From contig CAVZJB010000009.1 of assembly GCA_963775425.1 (NCBI GenBank), positions 96,001 through 160,000 on the forward strand: DNA of 64,000 nucleotides, given 5' to 3'. How positions within the stretch are numbered: position 1 is the first letter of the stretch; each line of letters opens with the position of its first letter. A program made the translations under genes and the position numbers. Shown piece after piece: positions 1 to 9,673 of this stretch. The notes under the pieces are model-generated. The model was not told the DNA's origin. It worked only from the letters and a program-made list of their open reading frames with translations, and did no database searches. This stretch comes from an uncultured delta proteobacterium. Its GTDB lineage: Bacteria; Myxococcota; UBA727; VGSZ01.

Positions 1-2
1 GC

Positions 3-497
3 GTCCTGTGCGAGGTCGGCGTGCGCGCGCCCGAGCTTTTGCTCGAGCACGCCGAGCGCCTGCTCGCGCTCTGTGACGAGACCCAGCGCGACGTCCTCGC
101 CTGCACCATGTACGCGCTCTCGCCGGTGGCCCACCACCACGCCGAGGCGCTGTGGGACATGCGCGATCTGTTCTGGTCGGCCCTCGCGGACCTGACGCAG
201 CCCGCGGACATGGCGCAAGCCGGCGCGGTCCGCCTGCTGTCGGCGCTGTGCGCCGCCGGCCCCGACTACGCGCGCACGCTGGCGGGCGGTCTCGTGGACC
301 TGCTCGGCAAGTGCATGCCCAAGGACGTGGCGTTCTTCGCGGAGAGCGTGCTTCCGGCGCTCGGCACGGCGCACTCGCACCGCGCCAAGCCGGTGCTCGA
401 CCGCCGCATGAAGGAGCTGATGCCCGCCGAGGTCGCCCGGCTCCGCCGCGCGGTCCGCGCCGCCCAGACCGGGCAGCCGCTGTTCGCGGCGGCGTAG
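3..497 (+). CDS. Hypothetical alpha-helical protein, 5'-truncated by the window edge
   Basis: Frame is open from position 3 (VLCEVGVRAPELL...) to TAG at 495-497; Leu/Ala-rich helical composition. Confidence 0.6.
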   Translation, partial: VLCEVGVRAPELLLEHAERLLALCDETQRDVLACTMYALSPVAHHHAEALWDMRDLFWSALADLTQPADMAQAGAVRLLSALCAAGPDYARTLAGGLVDLLGKCMPKDVAFFAESVLPALGTAHSHRAKPVLDRRMKELMPAEVARLRRAVRAAQTGQPLFAAA

Positions 498-585
498 CCC
501 TCCATCACCGTGCAGACCCGGCGGCCCGCAACGAGAGTTGCGGGCCGTCGCGTTTTCGCCGACAACGCCAGCGAAGGGGGCTCCC

Positions 586-831
586 ATGGCGGACCTGAAG
601 CCGACGTCGAAGAAGACCCTGCAGAACGCGTTCGCCGAGATGGGCGACCGCAAGCTCATCCTGGTCGGCCCGGGCAACGCCCGCGTGCAGGACTCGCGCT
701 TTGCCATCTCCGACGCCGCCGTGGACCACGTGGTCATCAAGCTGCTCGGGGAGGAGGTCCTCGTGATTCCGTACGCCTCCATCGGCTCCATGAAGGTGGA
801 GCGGCAGCAGGTCACGATCAGCTATCGTTGA
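586..831 (+). CDS. Small hypothetical protein (81 aa)
   Basis: ATG at 586 after GAAGGGGG; GC3-biased codons; MADLKPTSKK...VTISYR. Confidence 0.7.
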   Translation: MADLKPTSKKTLQNAFAEMGDRKLILVGPGNARVQDSRFAISDAAVDHVVIKLLGEEVLVIPYASIGSMKVERQQVTISYR

Positions 832-834
832 GCC

Positions 835-1188
835 ATGCGCACCCGCAGCGTTCTTGTGCTCGCCGTGCTCGGGGCCGCCCTGGCCGCGGCGAGCTCATGC
901 GACGTCCTCGACCCGAAGGGCGAGGTGGTCACCTGCACCCAGCAGCAGTTGTGCGGTGAGGACGTCGCCACCGATCCGGTGACGGACACCTTCTGCACGG
1001 ATCCCACCGACGCCGACCGCGCCAGCCAGATCAAGCAGTACGAGAAGGACTACGCCGACACCTGCGCGGGCGCCCGCCTCACCTGCACCGGCGGCGCGCT
1101 CGACAACCAGCCCGCGGACTGCACCGCCAAATGCGTCACCGGCGGCGCGTGCGACTTCAACCCCGTCCCGCAGGCCGTCACGCTGTAG
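835..1188 (+). CDS. Cys-rich lipoprotein
   Basis: Signal peptide ending AAASS-C; eight further Cys in the mature part. Confidence 0.7.
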   Translation: MRTRSVLVLAVLGAALAAASSCDVLDPKGEVVTCTQQQLCGEDVATDPVTDTFCTDPTDADRASQIKQYEKDYADTCAGARLTCTGGALDNQPADCTAKCVTGGACDFNPVPQAVTL

Positions 1189-1189
1189 C

Positions 1190-1223
1190 GATCGGCGCGG
1201 CCGCTCCCTCCGGTCGCTTGATC
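1190..1223 (+). repeat. REP-like intergenic repeat, copy 1
   Basis: GATCGGCGCGGCCGCTCCCTCCGGTCGCTTGATC between convergent genes; same core at 5990, 36404 and 48639. Confidence 0.8.
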
Positions 1224-1646
1224 TCACGGCTCCTTCTTGGTGAGCGCCGGCGCCGAGAACCGCGCCATGGGGCCCGCGGCGACGGTGCCGGCAGGGGCCG
1301 GGGCGGTGCGCTCGAGGGCGCCGGCGACGCGCGGGCCGGCGCCGAGGGCGCGGGCGGCGTCGCGGATCTGCTCGGGGTCTTCCTGAAACGCGGCGAGCAG
1401 GCGGCGCCAGACGGCGGCGTCGACGCCGGTCTTGGCGAGCCACGCATCGACGGCGCGGGCGCGCGCGTCGTCGTCGCCGGCGTCGTCCCAGCCCACGGCG
1501 TGGATGAACGCCTCGACGGCGGGGCGCAGCCGCGCGGGCACGGCGCCGTCGGGCGAGAACATCAAGACCGCGAGCGGGAGGACGCCAGCGAGCTGTGCGT
1601 CGGGGAGCGCCTCGAGCTCGTCGAGGAAGCGCGTCAGCGCGCTCAC
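1224..1646 (-). CDS. Hypothetical protein
   Basis: 140-aa ORF with 4-nt overlap to the upstream ORF; typical codon usage. Confidence 0.65.
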   Translation of the reverse strand: MSALTRFLDELEALPDAQLAGVLPLAVLMFSPDGAVPARLRPAVEAFIHAVGWDDAGDDDARARAVDAWLAKTGVDAAVWRRLLAAFQEDPEQIRDAARALGAGPRVAGALERTAPAPAGTVAAGPMARFSAPALTKKEP

Positions 1647-1909
1647 GCGCGGAGGTTCCGGATCTGCGTCATCGCGCGGTCGTGCAGCAGGCCCATGCGC
1701 CGCATCGCCATCTCGGTCTCCGCGAGCGAGAGGGCTTCGAGGTTGCCGCCGATGAGCGTGTGCAGGCGCGAGACGAGCTCGCCGCCGACGTCACCGCGCT
1801 GCAAGAGCACGCTCAGCTCGCCGTAGGCGCGGGTGCGGCGCTCCTCGGTGCGCCGCATCCTCAGGGCCTCGCCGGGGGACACGGACTTCGTCGCGTTCAG
1901 CTTCACCAT
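1643..1909 (-). CDS. Hypothetical protein (88 aa)
   Basis: ATG at 1909 with TAGGGT 7 nt upstream; helical sequence MVKLNATKS...QIRNLRA. Confidence 0.65.
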   Translation of the reverse strand: MVKLNATKSVSPGEALRMRRTEERRTRAYGELSVLLQRGDVGGELVSRLHTLIGGNLEALSLAETEMAMRRMGLLHDRAMTQIRNLRA

Positions 1910-1967
1910 GGGGGCGACCCTAGCGGGCGCGCGCGGATCCGACAAAGACGCCGGTCACGCCGCGGGC

Positions 1968-3110
1968 CTACTGGCGGACGATCTCGGAGTCGAAGCGCGG
2001 CTGCAGTTGGTAGCGGATCACGCCGTTCACGGTGAACTCGGAGAGCACGCCCGTGATGGTGGCGAACGAATCGAGCGCCGAGACCGCCGGGTCCGAGGTC
2101 ATCAGGAAGTTGCTCACGAACAGCGTGTCGCCGGCGAAGTCGTCGATGGTGAAGTCGCCGTTCACCGACGGCTCGGACGCCTCGACGTTTTCGACGGTGA
2201 CGAGCACGCCCTCGAACGTCTCCGCGAGCACGCCGGGCTGAAGCTCCGCCACGGTGTGCACGTCGGCGAGCGGGTCCGAGCCGCACCCGGTGTCGACGTG
2301 GAATTCGCTGAGGTTGGCGAGCTGCGTCTGGCCGTTGAACTCACCGACCTTGCCCGTGAGCGTCACGCAACTGCCCACGGAGACGGTGGCGACATCGGGA
2401 AACTGCGATGCGATCGACGCCGGGACGAACACGCTGACGCCGGCGAATTCGGGGTAGGCGTGGCCGCCGCTGGTGACGCCCTGCGCTTCCTGCACGAACA
2501 GCGAGCGGTTCTGGTTGGCGCTCACCTCGGTGCCCGTCACGACCACCCGCGCGATGCGCACGCTGGCCTGCTGCGACACCGTGCCGTCCTCGATGTCCTG
2601 GATGTGCACCTGGCCGGCGTCGCACGCGGGGTCGCCGGCGCAGCCGCCGTCGGCGCAGTCGATGCGGCCGTCGCCGTCGTCATCGACGCCGTTGGCGCAA
2701 TTCTCGGCGCAGTGGGAGTCGAGATCGCAGGCGAAGTCGCGGCAGTCGGCGAAGCCGTTGCCGTCGTTGTCGACGCCGTCGTTGCAGATCTCGGCGCTCT
2801 CGCCTTCGCCTTCACCTTCGCCTTCGCCTTCGCCTTCGCCTTCACCTTCGCCCTCGCCGCCGGCGCGGACGCAGCTCCCGTCGTCGGAGCAGGTCTCGCC
2901 GTTCGCGCAGTCGCCGTCGCGCTCGCACTCGACGCAAACGCCGCCGGAGCAGGTCTCGGCGCCGTGGCAGTCGCTGTCGACGACGCACTCGTCGGCCGGC
3001 GGGCAAGCGCCGAGCGCCAGCGCTCCGGCGAGGAGCGCCAACGCGCCCGCGGCGGACAAGGCGGTGCGTCGCGCGGGCACCCAGGCGGTGAGCGGGGATG
3101 TCTGGCTCAT
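1968..3110 (-). CDS. Cys-rich lipoprotein with (GE)n linker and OB-fold-like C-terminal domains
   Basis: Lipobox LALGA-C; CxxDxDC repeats; GEGEGE linker; CxxGVDxDG Ca-binding-like repeats; VTLTGKVGEFNGQTQL and YQLQPR segments resemble OB folds of extracellular nucleases. Confidence 0.7.
   Translation of the reverse strand: MSQTSPLTAWVPARRTALSAAGALALLAGALALGACPPADECVVDSDCHGAETCSGGVCVECERDGDCANGETCSDDGSCVRAGGEGEGEGEGEGEGEGEGEGESAEICNDGVDNDGNGFADCRDFACDLDSHCAENCANGVDDDGDGRIDCADGGCAGDPACDAGQVHIQDIEDGTVSQQASVRIARVVVTGTEVSANQNRSLFVQEAQGVTSGGHAYPEFAGVSVFVPASIASQFPDVATVSVGSCVTLTGKVGEFNGQTQLANLSEFHVDTGCGSDPLADVHTVAELQPGVLAETFEGVLVTVENVEASEPSVNGDFTIDDFAGDTLFVSNFLMTSDPAVSALDSFATITGVLSEFTVNGVIRYQLQPRFDSEIVRQ
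2801..2856. repeat. Hexanucleotide repeat encoding a (GE)n linker
   Basis: About nine near-identical CCTTCG/CCTTCA units. Confidence 0.85.
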
Positions 3111-3739
3111 GTGCCCTCCTTGTCGCCCGCTGCGGGCGCCGCGTCCACCGGCGGCGCGGGGCTGTCGTCGTCGGCGGGGCTGTCGGCGGCGGGGCTGGCG
3201 GGGGCGGGGCTGTCGGGGGCGGGGCCGTCGGGGGCGGGGCCGTCGGGGGCGGGGCCGTCGGGGGCGGGGCTGTCGTCGGCGGGCGTGACGCCGGCCAGGA
3301 AGCGCAGCCACTCGGCCCTCACGTGGGCGATGTCGCGGGCCAGATCCACGGGAACGACGGCGTGCTCGAGGCCGTTGTGCCCCATGAACGCGATGATCCC
3401 CGCCTCGCCCGCCGAGAGCTTCTGCTGCACCTCGGGCTCGAGCGTGACGTGGCCGATGGCGCCGTCGCCCTTGTCGAAGTGGAAGCGACCGGCGTTCTCC
3501 GACGGCACCGCGGTCTTGTTGTCGAGCCGGTGGCGCACCACCCAACCGCGGATGACGTCGTACTGCTCGCTCTTGCCGGCCGCCCTCAGCTCGTCGAGCC
3601 GCTTGCGCCAACCGGCTCCCGCGTCCTCGGCGGCGCCCTTCCTCTTCTTGCCGCGGGAGGCCTGCTCCTCCTCCACCTTCTTGACCTGCTCCTCGGTGAC
3701 CAGGCCGGCCTTGAGGAGCTTTGCCTTCAAGTCGAGCAC
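3107..3739 (-). CDS. DUF2058 (YaiL-like) family protein
   Basis: N-terminus LKAKLLKAGLVTEEQVKK matches the family pattern; low-complexity PAPDG tail. Confidence 0.65.
   Translation of the reverse strand: MLDLKAKLLKAGLVTEEQVKKVEEEQASRGKKRKGAAEDAGAGWRKRLDELRAAGKSEQYDVIRGWVVRHRLDNKTAVPSENAGRFHFDKGDGAIGHVTLEPEVQQKLSAGEAGIIAFMGHNGLEHAVVPVDLARDIAHVRAEWLRFLAGVTPADDSPAPDGPAPDGPAPDGPAPDSPAPASPAADSPADDDSPAPPVDAAPAAGDKEGT
3156..3283. repeat. 15-bp tandem repeat encoding (S/G)PAPD units
   Basis: Repeated GGGGCGGGGC(C/T)GTCG units. Confidence 0.8.
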
Positions 3740-3740
3740 G

Positions 3741-4091
3741 TCACGGCCTCCCGATGCTCTCGGGGGGACCCCAGCGCTCGGCCTCCTCGGGGTCGAGGCG
3801 GCGCAGCATGTCCCAGCGGTAGATCCCGGTGTTGTGCGCGTCGGCGAACTTGAAATTCACCGCGTAGCGCCCGACCAGCTCCACGTCGAAGATGGCGGCG
3901 ACGTTGTTGTCGATGTGCTTGAGCCCGCCCACCTCGTGTCCTTGACAGAGCGCACAGGGGCAGTAGCCGCGCAGACGCTGAACGGGGTAGACGCTCGTAT
4001 GGCCGTCCCCCCACTTGACGACGACGCGCGACTTCTCGTTTTCGACCTTCACGTCGAGGGGGATGATCTCTTTTCCCGTGGGGACTGGCAT
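3741..4091 (-). CDS. DUF971 / GBBH-like N-terminal domain protein
   Basis: WGDGHTSVY, LRGYCPCALC, VGRYAV and HNTGIY motifs. Confidence 0.85.
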   Translation of the reverse strand: MPVPTGKEIIPLDVKVENEKSRVVVKWGDGHTSVYPVQRLRGYCPCALCQGHEVGGLKHIDNNVAAIFDVELVGRYAVNFKFADAHNTGIYRWDMLRRLDPEEAERWGPPESIGRP

Positions 4092-4126
4092 CGCGCCCCT
4101 TGTCGTACGCCGGCGCGGGCGGCGCA

Positions 4127-5143
4127 ATGACTGCCCCCACGCCGGCCCCCGCCCCCACGCCGGCCCCCGCCCCCACGCCGGCCCCCGCCCCCGTCACCTC
4201 CGGCGTCGCCGCCGTCTCGTCCCGCGGCCTGAAGAAGTCGTTCGGCAGCGTCCAGGCCGTCGCCGGCATCGACCTCGACGTCCCCGCCGGCGCCTGCTTC
4301 GGCCTCATCGGCGAAAACGGGGCCGGCAAGACCACGTTCATCAAGATGCTCCTCGGCATCACGCGCCCCGACGACGGCGACATCGCCGTGCTCGGCGGCT
4401 CCCCCGACGACGTCGCCGTGCGCAAGCACATCGGCTACCTCCCGGAGCGCCTGCACATCCCCGAGGCGTTCTCGCCGCTGCGCTTCCTGGCGAGCGTCGG
4501 GCGCATGAAGGGGCTGCTGCCCGCCGAGATCCCCGTCGAGAGCGAGCGCGTGCTCGAGCAAGTCAAGCTCGATCGCGCCGCGTGGAAGCGAAAGACCGGC
4601 GGCTTCTCCAAGGGCATGAAGCAGCGCACCGGCCTCGCCGCCTCCCTCGTCGGCAGGCCGCGGCTGCTCGTGCTCGACGAGCCCACCGACGGCATCGACC
4701 CGCTCGGCCGCGCACAGATCCGGGACGTCATCGTCGACGCCGTCCACGCCGGGGCCACGGTGTTTTTGAACAGCCACCTGCTCGCGGAGACCGAGAAGAT
4801 CTGCGACCACGTCGCGGTGCTGTCCAAGGGCAGGGTCGTGCAAGCGGGCGCGCTCGACGTCCTCAAGCGCAAGGACGCCTCGCGCGTGCGCTTCCTCAAG
4901 GCCGACGACGACGCAGCCCGCGCCGCCCGCTGCGGCTTCGCGCTGCTCGAGGGCGACGGCGTCGCTCCCGAGCCGCCCGACGCCGAGCAGCGCACCTATC
5001 GCTGGACCGGCGGCGGGCCGCACGAATTGTCCAAGGCCCTCGCCGCCGCCCTCGCCGACGGCCTCGTCGTCGTCGACGTCACGCCCGAGCTCAAGGACCT
5101 CGAGACCATCCTGCGCGAGTCCATCGCGGCGAGGCCGGCATGA
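4127..5143 (+). CDS. ABC transporter ATP-binding protein
   Basis: Walker A GENGAGKT, signature FSKGMKQR, Walker B LVLDEP, NSH switch; N-terminal 18-bp repeat (APTPAP)x3. Confidence 0.95.
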   Translation: MTAPTPAPAPTPAPAPTPAPAPVTSGVAAVSSRGLKKSFGSVQAVAGIDLDVPAGACFGLIGENGAGKTTFIKMLLGITRPDDGDIAVLGGSPDDVAVRKHIGYLPERLHIPEAFSPLRFLASVGRMKGLLPAEIPVESERVLEQVKLDRAAWKRKTGGFSKGMKQRTGLAASLVGRPRLLVLDEPTDGIDPLGRAQIRDVIVDAVHAGATVFLNSHLLAETEKICDHVAVLSKGRVVQAGALDVLKRKDASRVRFLKADDDAARAARCGFALLEGDGVAPEPPDAEQRTYRWTGGGPHELSKALAAALADGLVVVDVTPELKDLETILRESIAARPA

Positions 5144-5988
5144 ACCCGCGCAGCGTCATGAACGTCGCGCTCGACGTGCTGCGGGAGGCGGCTGCGTCGA
5201 AGTACCTCATCGTGCTGTTCGGCCTCATCCTGCTCGGCATCATCTCGCTCGCGCTGGCGCTCGACCTCGAGGTGGTGAACGGGGCCATCGCGGCCGGCAA
5301 GCTCTTCGGCGGCAGCATCGTCGGTAAGGGCAAGACGGTGGGAGTGGAGGAGTTCCTCGCGCCCTTCCTCGAGGTCATCGTCTACAACACCTTCGGCTGG
5401 GGTCTGTTGTTCCTCGTCGTCGCCGTCGCCGACATCGCGCCCCGGATGCTGGCGCCCGGCCGCGTGGAGCTCCTGCTCGCGCTGCCGCTTCGCCGCACCG
5501 AGCTCGTCCTGGGCATCTACCTCGGCGTGATCCTCATCGGCGCGCTCGCCACGTTCACGGCCGTGGGCGGCGGCGCGCTCGTCTTGTTCATCAAGGCCCA
5601 CTTCTTCACCTTGGCGCCGCTCATCGGCGCGCTCACGGCGCTCGTCGGCTTCATCACGCTGTACGGCGTGATGCTCGCGGTGGCGTCGGTGGCGCGGTCG
5701 GCGGCGCTGTCGGCGGGGGCCGCGATCTTGATCGGCATCGCCGGCGCGGCGACGTCGAACCGCGCGTCCGTGCTCGGCTTCTTCCGCCACGGCGCCTCGC
5801 GCGAGATCGCCTCGGTGATCATGGGACCGCTGCCGCGGTTGGTGACGCTCGCCAAGGCCGGCGGCGCCGCCGCGGTGCACCACCCCGTGAACTGGGGCGA
5901 GACGTCGGCCGTCATCGGCGGCTGCGCGGCGTTCGGCCTCTTCTTCGTCGTCGTCGCCTGCATCGTCGTCAGCATGAAGGACTATTGA
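5140..5988 (+). CDS. ABC-2 type transporter permease
   Basis: ATGA overlap with the ATPase; about 6 hydrophobic segments; ELLLALPLRRTELVLG motif. Confidence 0.85.
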   Translation: MNPRSVMNVALDVLREAAASKYLIVLFGLILLGIISLALALDLEVVNGAIAAGKLFGGSIVGKGKTVGVEEFLAPFLEVIVYNTFGWGLLFLVVAVADIAPRMLAPGRVELLLALPLRRTELVLGIYLGVILIGALATFTAVGGGALVLFIKAHFFTLAPLIGALTALVGFITLYGVMLAVASVARSAALSAGAAILIGIAGAATSNRASVLGFFRHGASREIASVIMGPLPRLVTLAKAGGAAAVHHPVNWGETSAVIGGCAAFGLFFVVVACIVVSMKDY

Positions 5989-5989
5989 A

Positions 5990-6011
5990 CGCGGCCGCTC
6001 CCCCCGGTCGC
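5990..6011 (+). repeat. REP-like repeat, degenerate copy 2
   Basis: CGCGGCCGCTCCCCCCGGTCGC, one mismatch to the core. Confidence 0.6.
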
Positions 6012-6017
6012 CCCCAG

Positions 6018-7160
6018 ATGGAGCGCAAGATGTCCAGGCGCAACAGTGTCGTCGCCCTCGCCGTCGCCGCAGTGGTCCTGCTGGTGCTCGCCTTCATCTT
6101 GTCGCGCAGCTCCGCCGACGCTTCGTCGTCGCCGGACGCCGGGCCGTCGTCGTCGGCGCCCGCCAGGAGCGCGCGCAAGGCGCCGCTCGTGTTCCCCCGC
6201 GACCGCGCCCGGCTCGCGGCGGCCACGCACACGGCGCCCGCGCAGCCGACGCCCGACGACAAGCCGCGGCTCGACGCCATGCAACGCGCGCTGTTCGGTC
6301 CCGGGAACAAGGGCGCCATCTTCGTCGAGGCCAACGCCATCCGCCACGCGCCGCTCATGGAGAAGATCCTGCGCTGCCGCCAGGCCGACAGCGCCGACGG
6401 CCTCGCCCGCATGAAGGCCGAGCTCGGCATCGACCCGATGGAGGACATCGACCGCGTCGGCTTCGACGGCGACGTCTTCGTCGCCAGCGGCTTCTTCGAC
6501 AAGCTCAAGCTGCCGCCGGAGATCGGCGACGGCGACGCCTACGGTGACGGCGGCCGGCTGTGGCAGGTGAAGGACGACAAGGGCAAGGACATGTGGTTCG
6601 GCGAGGTGGGTGACGGCATGCTGCTCACCGCCAGCGACGAGGCCCTCTTGAAGTCCGCCATGGATCGCGCCGAGGGCCGCGGCGCCGTCGCGGTCAGCGG
6701 CCTGCCGGCCGGCTTCGGCGAGGGCGAGGTCTACGGCACGGTCGGCGCCGCGTTCCTCAAGTCGGTGCTCGGCGGCAGCCAGGACCCCGTGGCGCAGACC
6801 ATCGCGACCATGGTGACGTCGTCGACGGTGCGCATGAACCTCGACGAGGACGCCGCGCTCTCTTTGGACCTGCAGGCCGTCGACGAGAAGTCCGGCGACG
6901 ACCTCGCCAAGGCGGTGGGCGGCGTGCTCGCCGGGCTTCACGCCAAGGCGCAGCAGCAAGGCGACGCCGAGCTGGCGCAACTGCTCGAGCAGGCGCGCGT
7001 GTCGCCGCTGCCCGGCGGCCGCTTCAACCTCGACGTCGCCGTCCCGGGCGACACGCTCCTGCGCGGCATGGGCTGCGGGCCCGACGGCACCCCGCTCGGC
7101 GCGCCCCCCGCTCCGCCGGCGAGCGCGCCGCCGGCGCCGCCGGCGCCCGCGCCGCAGTGA
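6018..7160 (+). CDS. Membrane-anchored exported hypothetical protein
   Basis: N-terminal hydrophobic helix, Pro-rich ends; start could be 6018 or 6030. Confidence 0.7.
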   Translation: MERKMSRRNSVVALAVAAVVLLVLAFILSRSSADASSSPDAGPSSSAPARSARKAPLVFPRDRARLAAATHTAPAQPTPDDKPRLDAMQRALFGPGNKGAIFVEANAIRHAPLMEKILRCRQADSADGLARMKAELGIDPMEDIDRVGFDGDVFVASGFFDKLKLPPEIGDGDAYGDGGRLWQVKDDKGKDMWFGEVGDGMLLTASDEALLKSAMDRAEGRGAVAVSGLPAGFGEGEVYGTVGAAFLKSVLGGSQDPVAQTIATMVTSSTVRMNLDEDAALSLDLQAVDEKSGDDLAKAVGGVLAGLHAKAQQQGDAELAQLLEQARVSPLPGGRFNLDVAVPGDTLLRGMGCGPDGTPLGAPPAPPASAPPAPPAPAPQ

Positions 7161-7164
7161 GCGC

Positions 7165-8307
7165 TCACCCCTCGGTCTTCTGCGTGGCCGCGATGAGGGT
7201 GTCGACGAAGCTCTCGCTGCAGATGCTGCCGCCCGTGAGCGCGACGTCGTCCTGCAGCTCGAAGTAGCGCGACCCCGCGTCGGCGGTGCAGCACGGCGTG
7301 TCGAGCGTGGCGTCGCAGGGCTCGCCCGGCCCGGTGAAGTTGGAGAGGCCGTGGCTCGGCCGGCACTGGCCCGGCAGGAGCGCGGCGCCCTTGTCGCAGC
7401 CGGCGGCGATGAAGCCGCCGCCCGCCGGGATGGCCCCGGCGATGACGACGACGCTGACGTCGTCGGCGCGGTTCGGGCCCTTCACGGCCGCGAGCCGCTC
7501 GGCGTAGCGCCGGACGGGCGTGAGCGCGGCGGCGTCGTCGTAGCAGTCGTCGGGACGGTGCTCGGTGACGATGCTCTCGCCGGGACCGCAGGTGGTGAGG
7601 GTCTCGTCGGGGAAGTCGCTGCCGTCATGGCTGCAGTCGTCCTCGTCGGTGACGAACACGACCATCAGTTGGGCCTCGTCGCGCAGGAACAGGTCCCGAT
7701 CGCCTTCGCAGCCGTCGGCGACCCAGGAGTCGCCGCCGAGGAAGACGTCGGCGGCGTCGAGGCCGCGCTCGAAGGGGGAGCCGAAGGTCCCGACGTTGTC
7801 GAGCAGCTCGCGGAACTTGCCGGCGACGTCGACGTCGTCGCGCGCGATGATCTTCTGACCCGTCGAGGGCACCGGCTGGAGGCAGCCGCGCTGCGGGCGG
7901 TACCCCCACGCGTCGTTGTCCGTGGCCTCGGACAGCGCGTTGTCGCACGCGTCGACGTCCGTGGTGATGACGCCGACGCGGAAGTCGCGGTCGTAGGCGG
8001 CGAGGATCTGGGAGAAGCCGCAGACGGTGGAGAGCTCCTCGAGGACGCCGGGCGCGGGATCGAGGAGCGCCTCGGGCACGTGCTCCAGGTCGGTGATCGG
8101 GCACTCGGGCTTGTAGATGGTGCGCGCCAGCGCCGCCTGCTCCTCCGCCATCGACCCCGAGTTGTCGACGACGAACAGGATGTCGATGGGCTTGTCGGCC
8201 GGCTCCGTCGACGACACGAGCGGCTGCCCCGGGGCGGAGCCGACGCCGTAGTCGATGACGCAGCCGGCGAGACCTGCCGCTCCGATGGCGAGCCAGAAGA
8301 CGCGCAT
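7165..8307 (-). CDS. VWA-domain Cys-rich lipoprotein
   Basis: Lipobox GLAG-C; MIDAS motif DILFVVDNSGSM; VFVTDEDDCS. Confidence 0.85.
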   Translation of the reverse strand: MRVFWLAIGAAGLAGCVIDYGVGSAPGQPLVSSTEPADKPIDILFVVDNSGSMAEEQAALARTIYKPECPITDLEHVPEALLDPAPGVLEELSTVCGFSQILAAYDRDFRVGVITTDVDACDNALSEATDNDAWGYRPQRGCLQPVPSTGQKIIARDDVDVAGKFRELLDNVGTFGSPFERGLDAADVFLGGDSWVADGCEGDRDLFLRDEAQLMVVFVTDEDDCSHDGSDFPDETLTTCGPGESIVTEHRPDDCYDDAAALTPVRRYAERLAAVKGPNRADDVSVVVIAGAIPAGGGFIAAGCDKGAALLPGQCRPSHGLSNFTGPGEPCDATLDTPCCTADAGSRYFELQDDVALTGGSICSESFVDTLIAATQKTEG

Positions 8308-8333
8308 AGGTGACCTCCGGCCGGGGTTTGGGC

Positions 8334-9053
8334 TCACGGCGCGGATCCGTCTCGCGCTCCGTCGTCGACGGCCGCGCGCACCATCTGCAGGAAGAGGCTC
8401 GTGGGGTACTCCCGCGTGAACGCGCCCGCCGCCGCGCGGGCGCGCTCGGTGTCGCCGCGCTGCGCGAACGCCACCACGGTGAGCGCGCGCCGCTCCTCGA
8501 CGAGGGTGCCGTGCGGGAACGCGCGCGCGTGCGCCTGCAGGCGCTTGAGCGCGAGGTCGGCGTCGCCGATGGCGAGCGCCTCGCGCGCGCCCTCGATGAT
8601 CTTGCCCTCGGAGGGGGCCTCGCCCCTCGACGCCGCGGGGCGCGACTCCGCGGGGGACGCGCGGTCGTCGACGGCGGCGGGCGCGACGGCGTCGTCGAGC
8701 GCGGGCGCGACGCCGGCGGGCGCATGCGGGACCCCGGGCGCGGCGGGCGCGGGGGCGGCGCGCGGGGCGACGGTCGCGGGCGCGGTGGCCGCGTCGACGG
8801 CGGCGGGCGCGCGCGCCCGGGAGGCCGCGACGACGACGCCGGTGCCGACGACGGCGACGGCGACGACGGCGGCGACCACCTTGGCGGCGCCGGCGCCGAA
8901 CGCGAGGCCGCCGGCGGCGGCGGGGACGGCGACGCTGGCGGTGACCTTGGCGAGCACGGCGGCCTCGACGCCCGGCGGCGGCGGCGGCGCGCCCGCCTGC
9001 GCCTTGTGCAGGAGCGCCTGGAGGTCGTCGGGGAGGGGCGGCAGATCGTTCAT
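8334..9053 (-). CDS. Putative anti-sigma factor (single TM, Pro/Ala linker, TPR-like C-terminus)
   Basis: Overlaps the ECF gene; TM VVAAVVAVAVVGTGVVV; HARAFPHGTLVEER and YPTSLF TPR-like segments. Confidence 0.7.
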   Translation of the reverse strand: MNDLPPLPDDLQALLHKAQAGAPPPPPGVEAAVLAKVTASVAVPAAAGGLAFGAGAAKVVAAVVAVAVVGTGVVVAASRARAPAAVDAATAPATVAPRAAPAPAAPGVPHAPAGVAPALDDAVAPAAVDDRASPAESRPAASRGEAPSEGKIIEGAREALAIGDADLALKRLQAHARAFPHGTLVEERRALTVVAFAQRGDTERARAAAGAFTREYPTSLFLQMVRAAVDDGARDGSAP

Positions 9054-9673
9054 GTCGTGCTCGAGCGGCGCCCGGGCGCACGGCGGACGGCGGCCACGAA
9101 GGCTTCGCGCGCCAGGCGCAGGCGGGAGTAGAGGGTGTTGAGCGGCGCGTCGACGACGCGGGCGATCTCGGGCATCGACAAGCCCTCGAGCTCGTGCAGC
9201 ACGAACACCGCGCGCTTGTCGAGGTCGAGCCCGTCGAGCGCACGCATGACCTCCTCGTGCGCCTCGCGCGCCTCGACGACGTCGTCGGCGGGGCGGTCGC
9301 GGGCGGGCACGCGGTCGCCGGCGCCCTCCACCAGGGACTCGCGGAAGCTCGAGGCCTTGCGCTTCTTGTCGAGCGCCACGCGAAAGCAGATGCCGAACAG
9401 CCAGGGCTTGGCGGGCCGCGCGGGGTCGTAGTCGCCGAGCTTTCGGTGCACGACGACGAACACGTCGTGGGCCAGGTCCGGCAGGTCCGCGTCCGGGATG
9501 CCGAGCCGGCGCAGCGAGCGCCACACGTACCCGAAGTGCTCCTGGTACAGCGCCGTGAACGAGGCCGCCGCGCGCACGTGCGCCGCGTCCGTCGGCGGCG
9601 GCAGCGGCAGAGGCTCGGTGATGGCGGCACCGTCCACCGCGGGGGTTTGGGGCAGGGCGCCGGTCTCCGTCAC
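9050..9673 (-). CDS. ECF RNA polymerase sigma factor
   Basis: Region 2 DLAHDVFVVV..WLFGI; region 4 RAVFVLHELEGLSMPEIA..NTLYSRLRLAR. Confidence 0.92.
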   Translation of the reverse strand: MTETGALPQTPAVDGAAITEPLPLPPPTDAAHVRAAASFTALYQEHFGYVWRSLRRLGIPDADLPDLAHDVFVVVHRKLGDYDPARPAKPWLFGICFRVALDKKRKASSFRESLVEGAGDRVPARDRPADDVVEAREAHEEVMRALDGLDLDKRAVFVLHELEGLSMPEIARVVDAPLNTLYSRLRLAREAFVAAVRRAPGRRSSTT

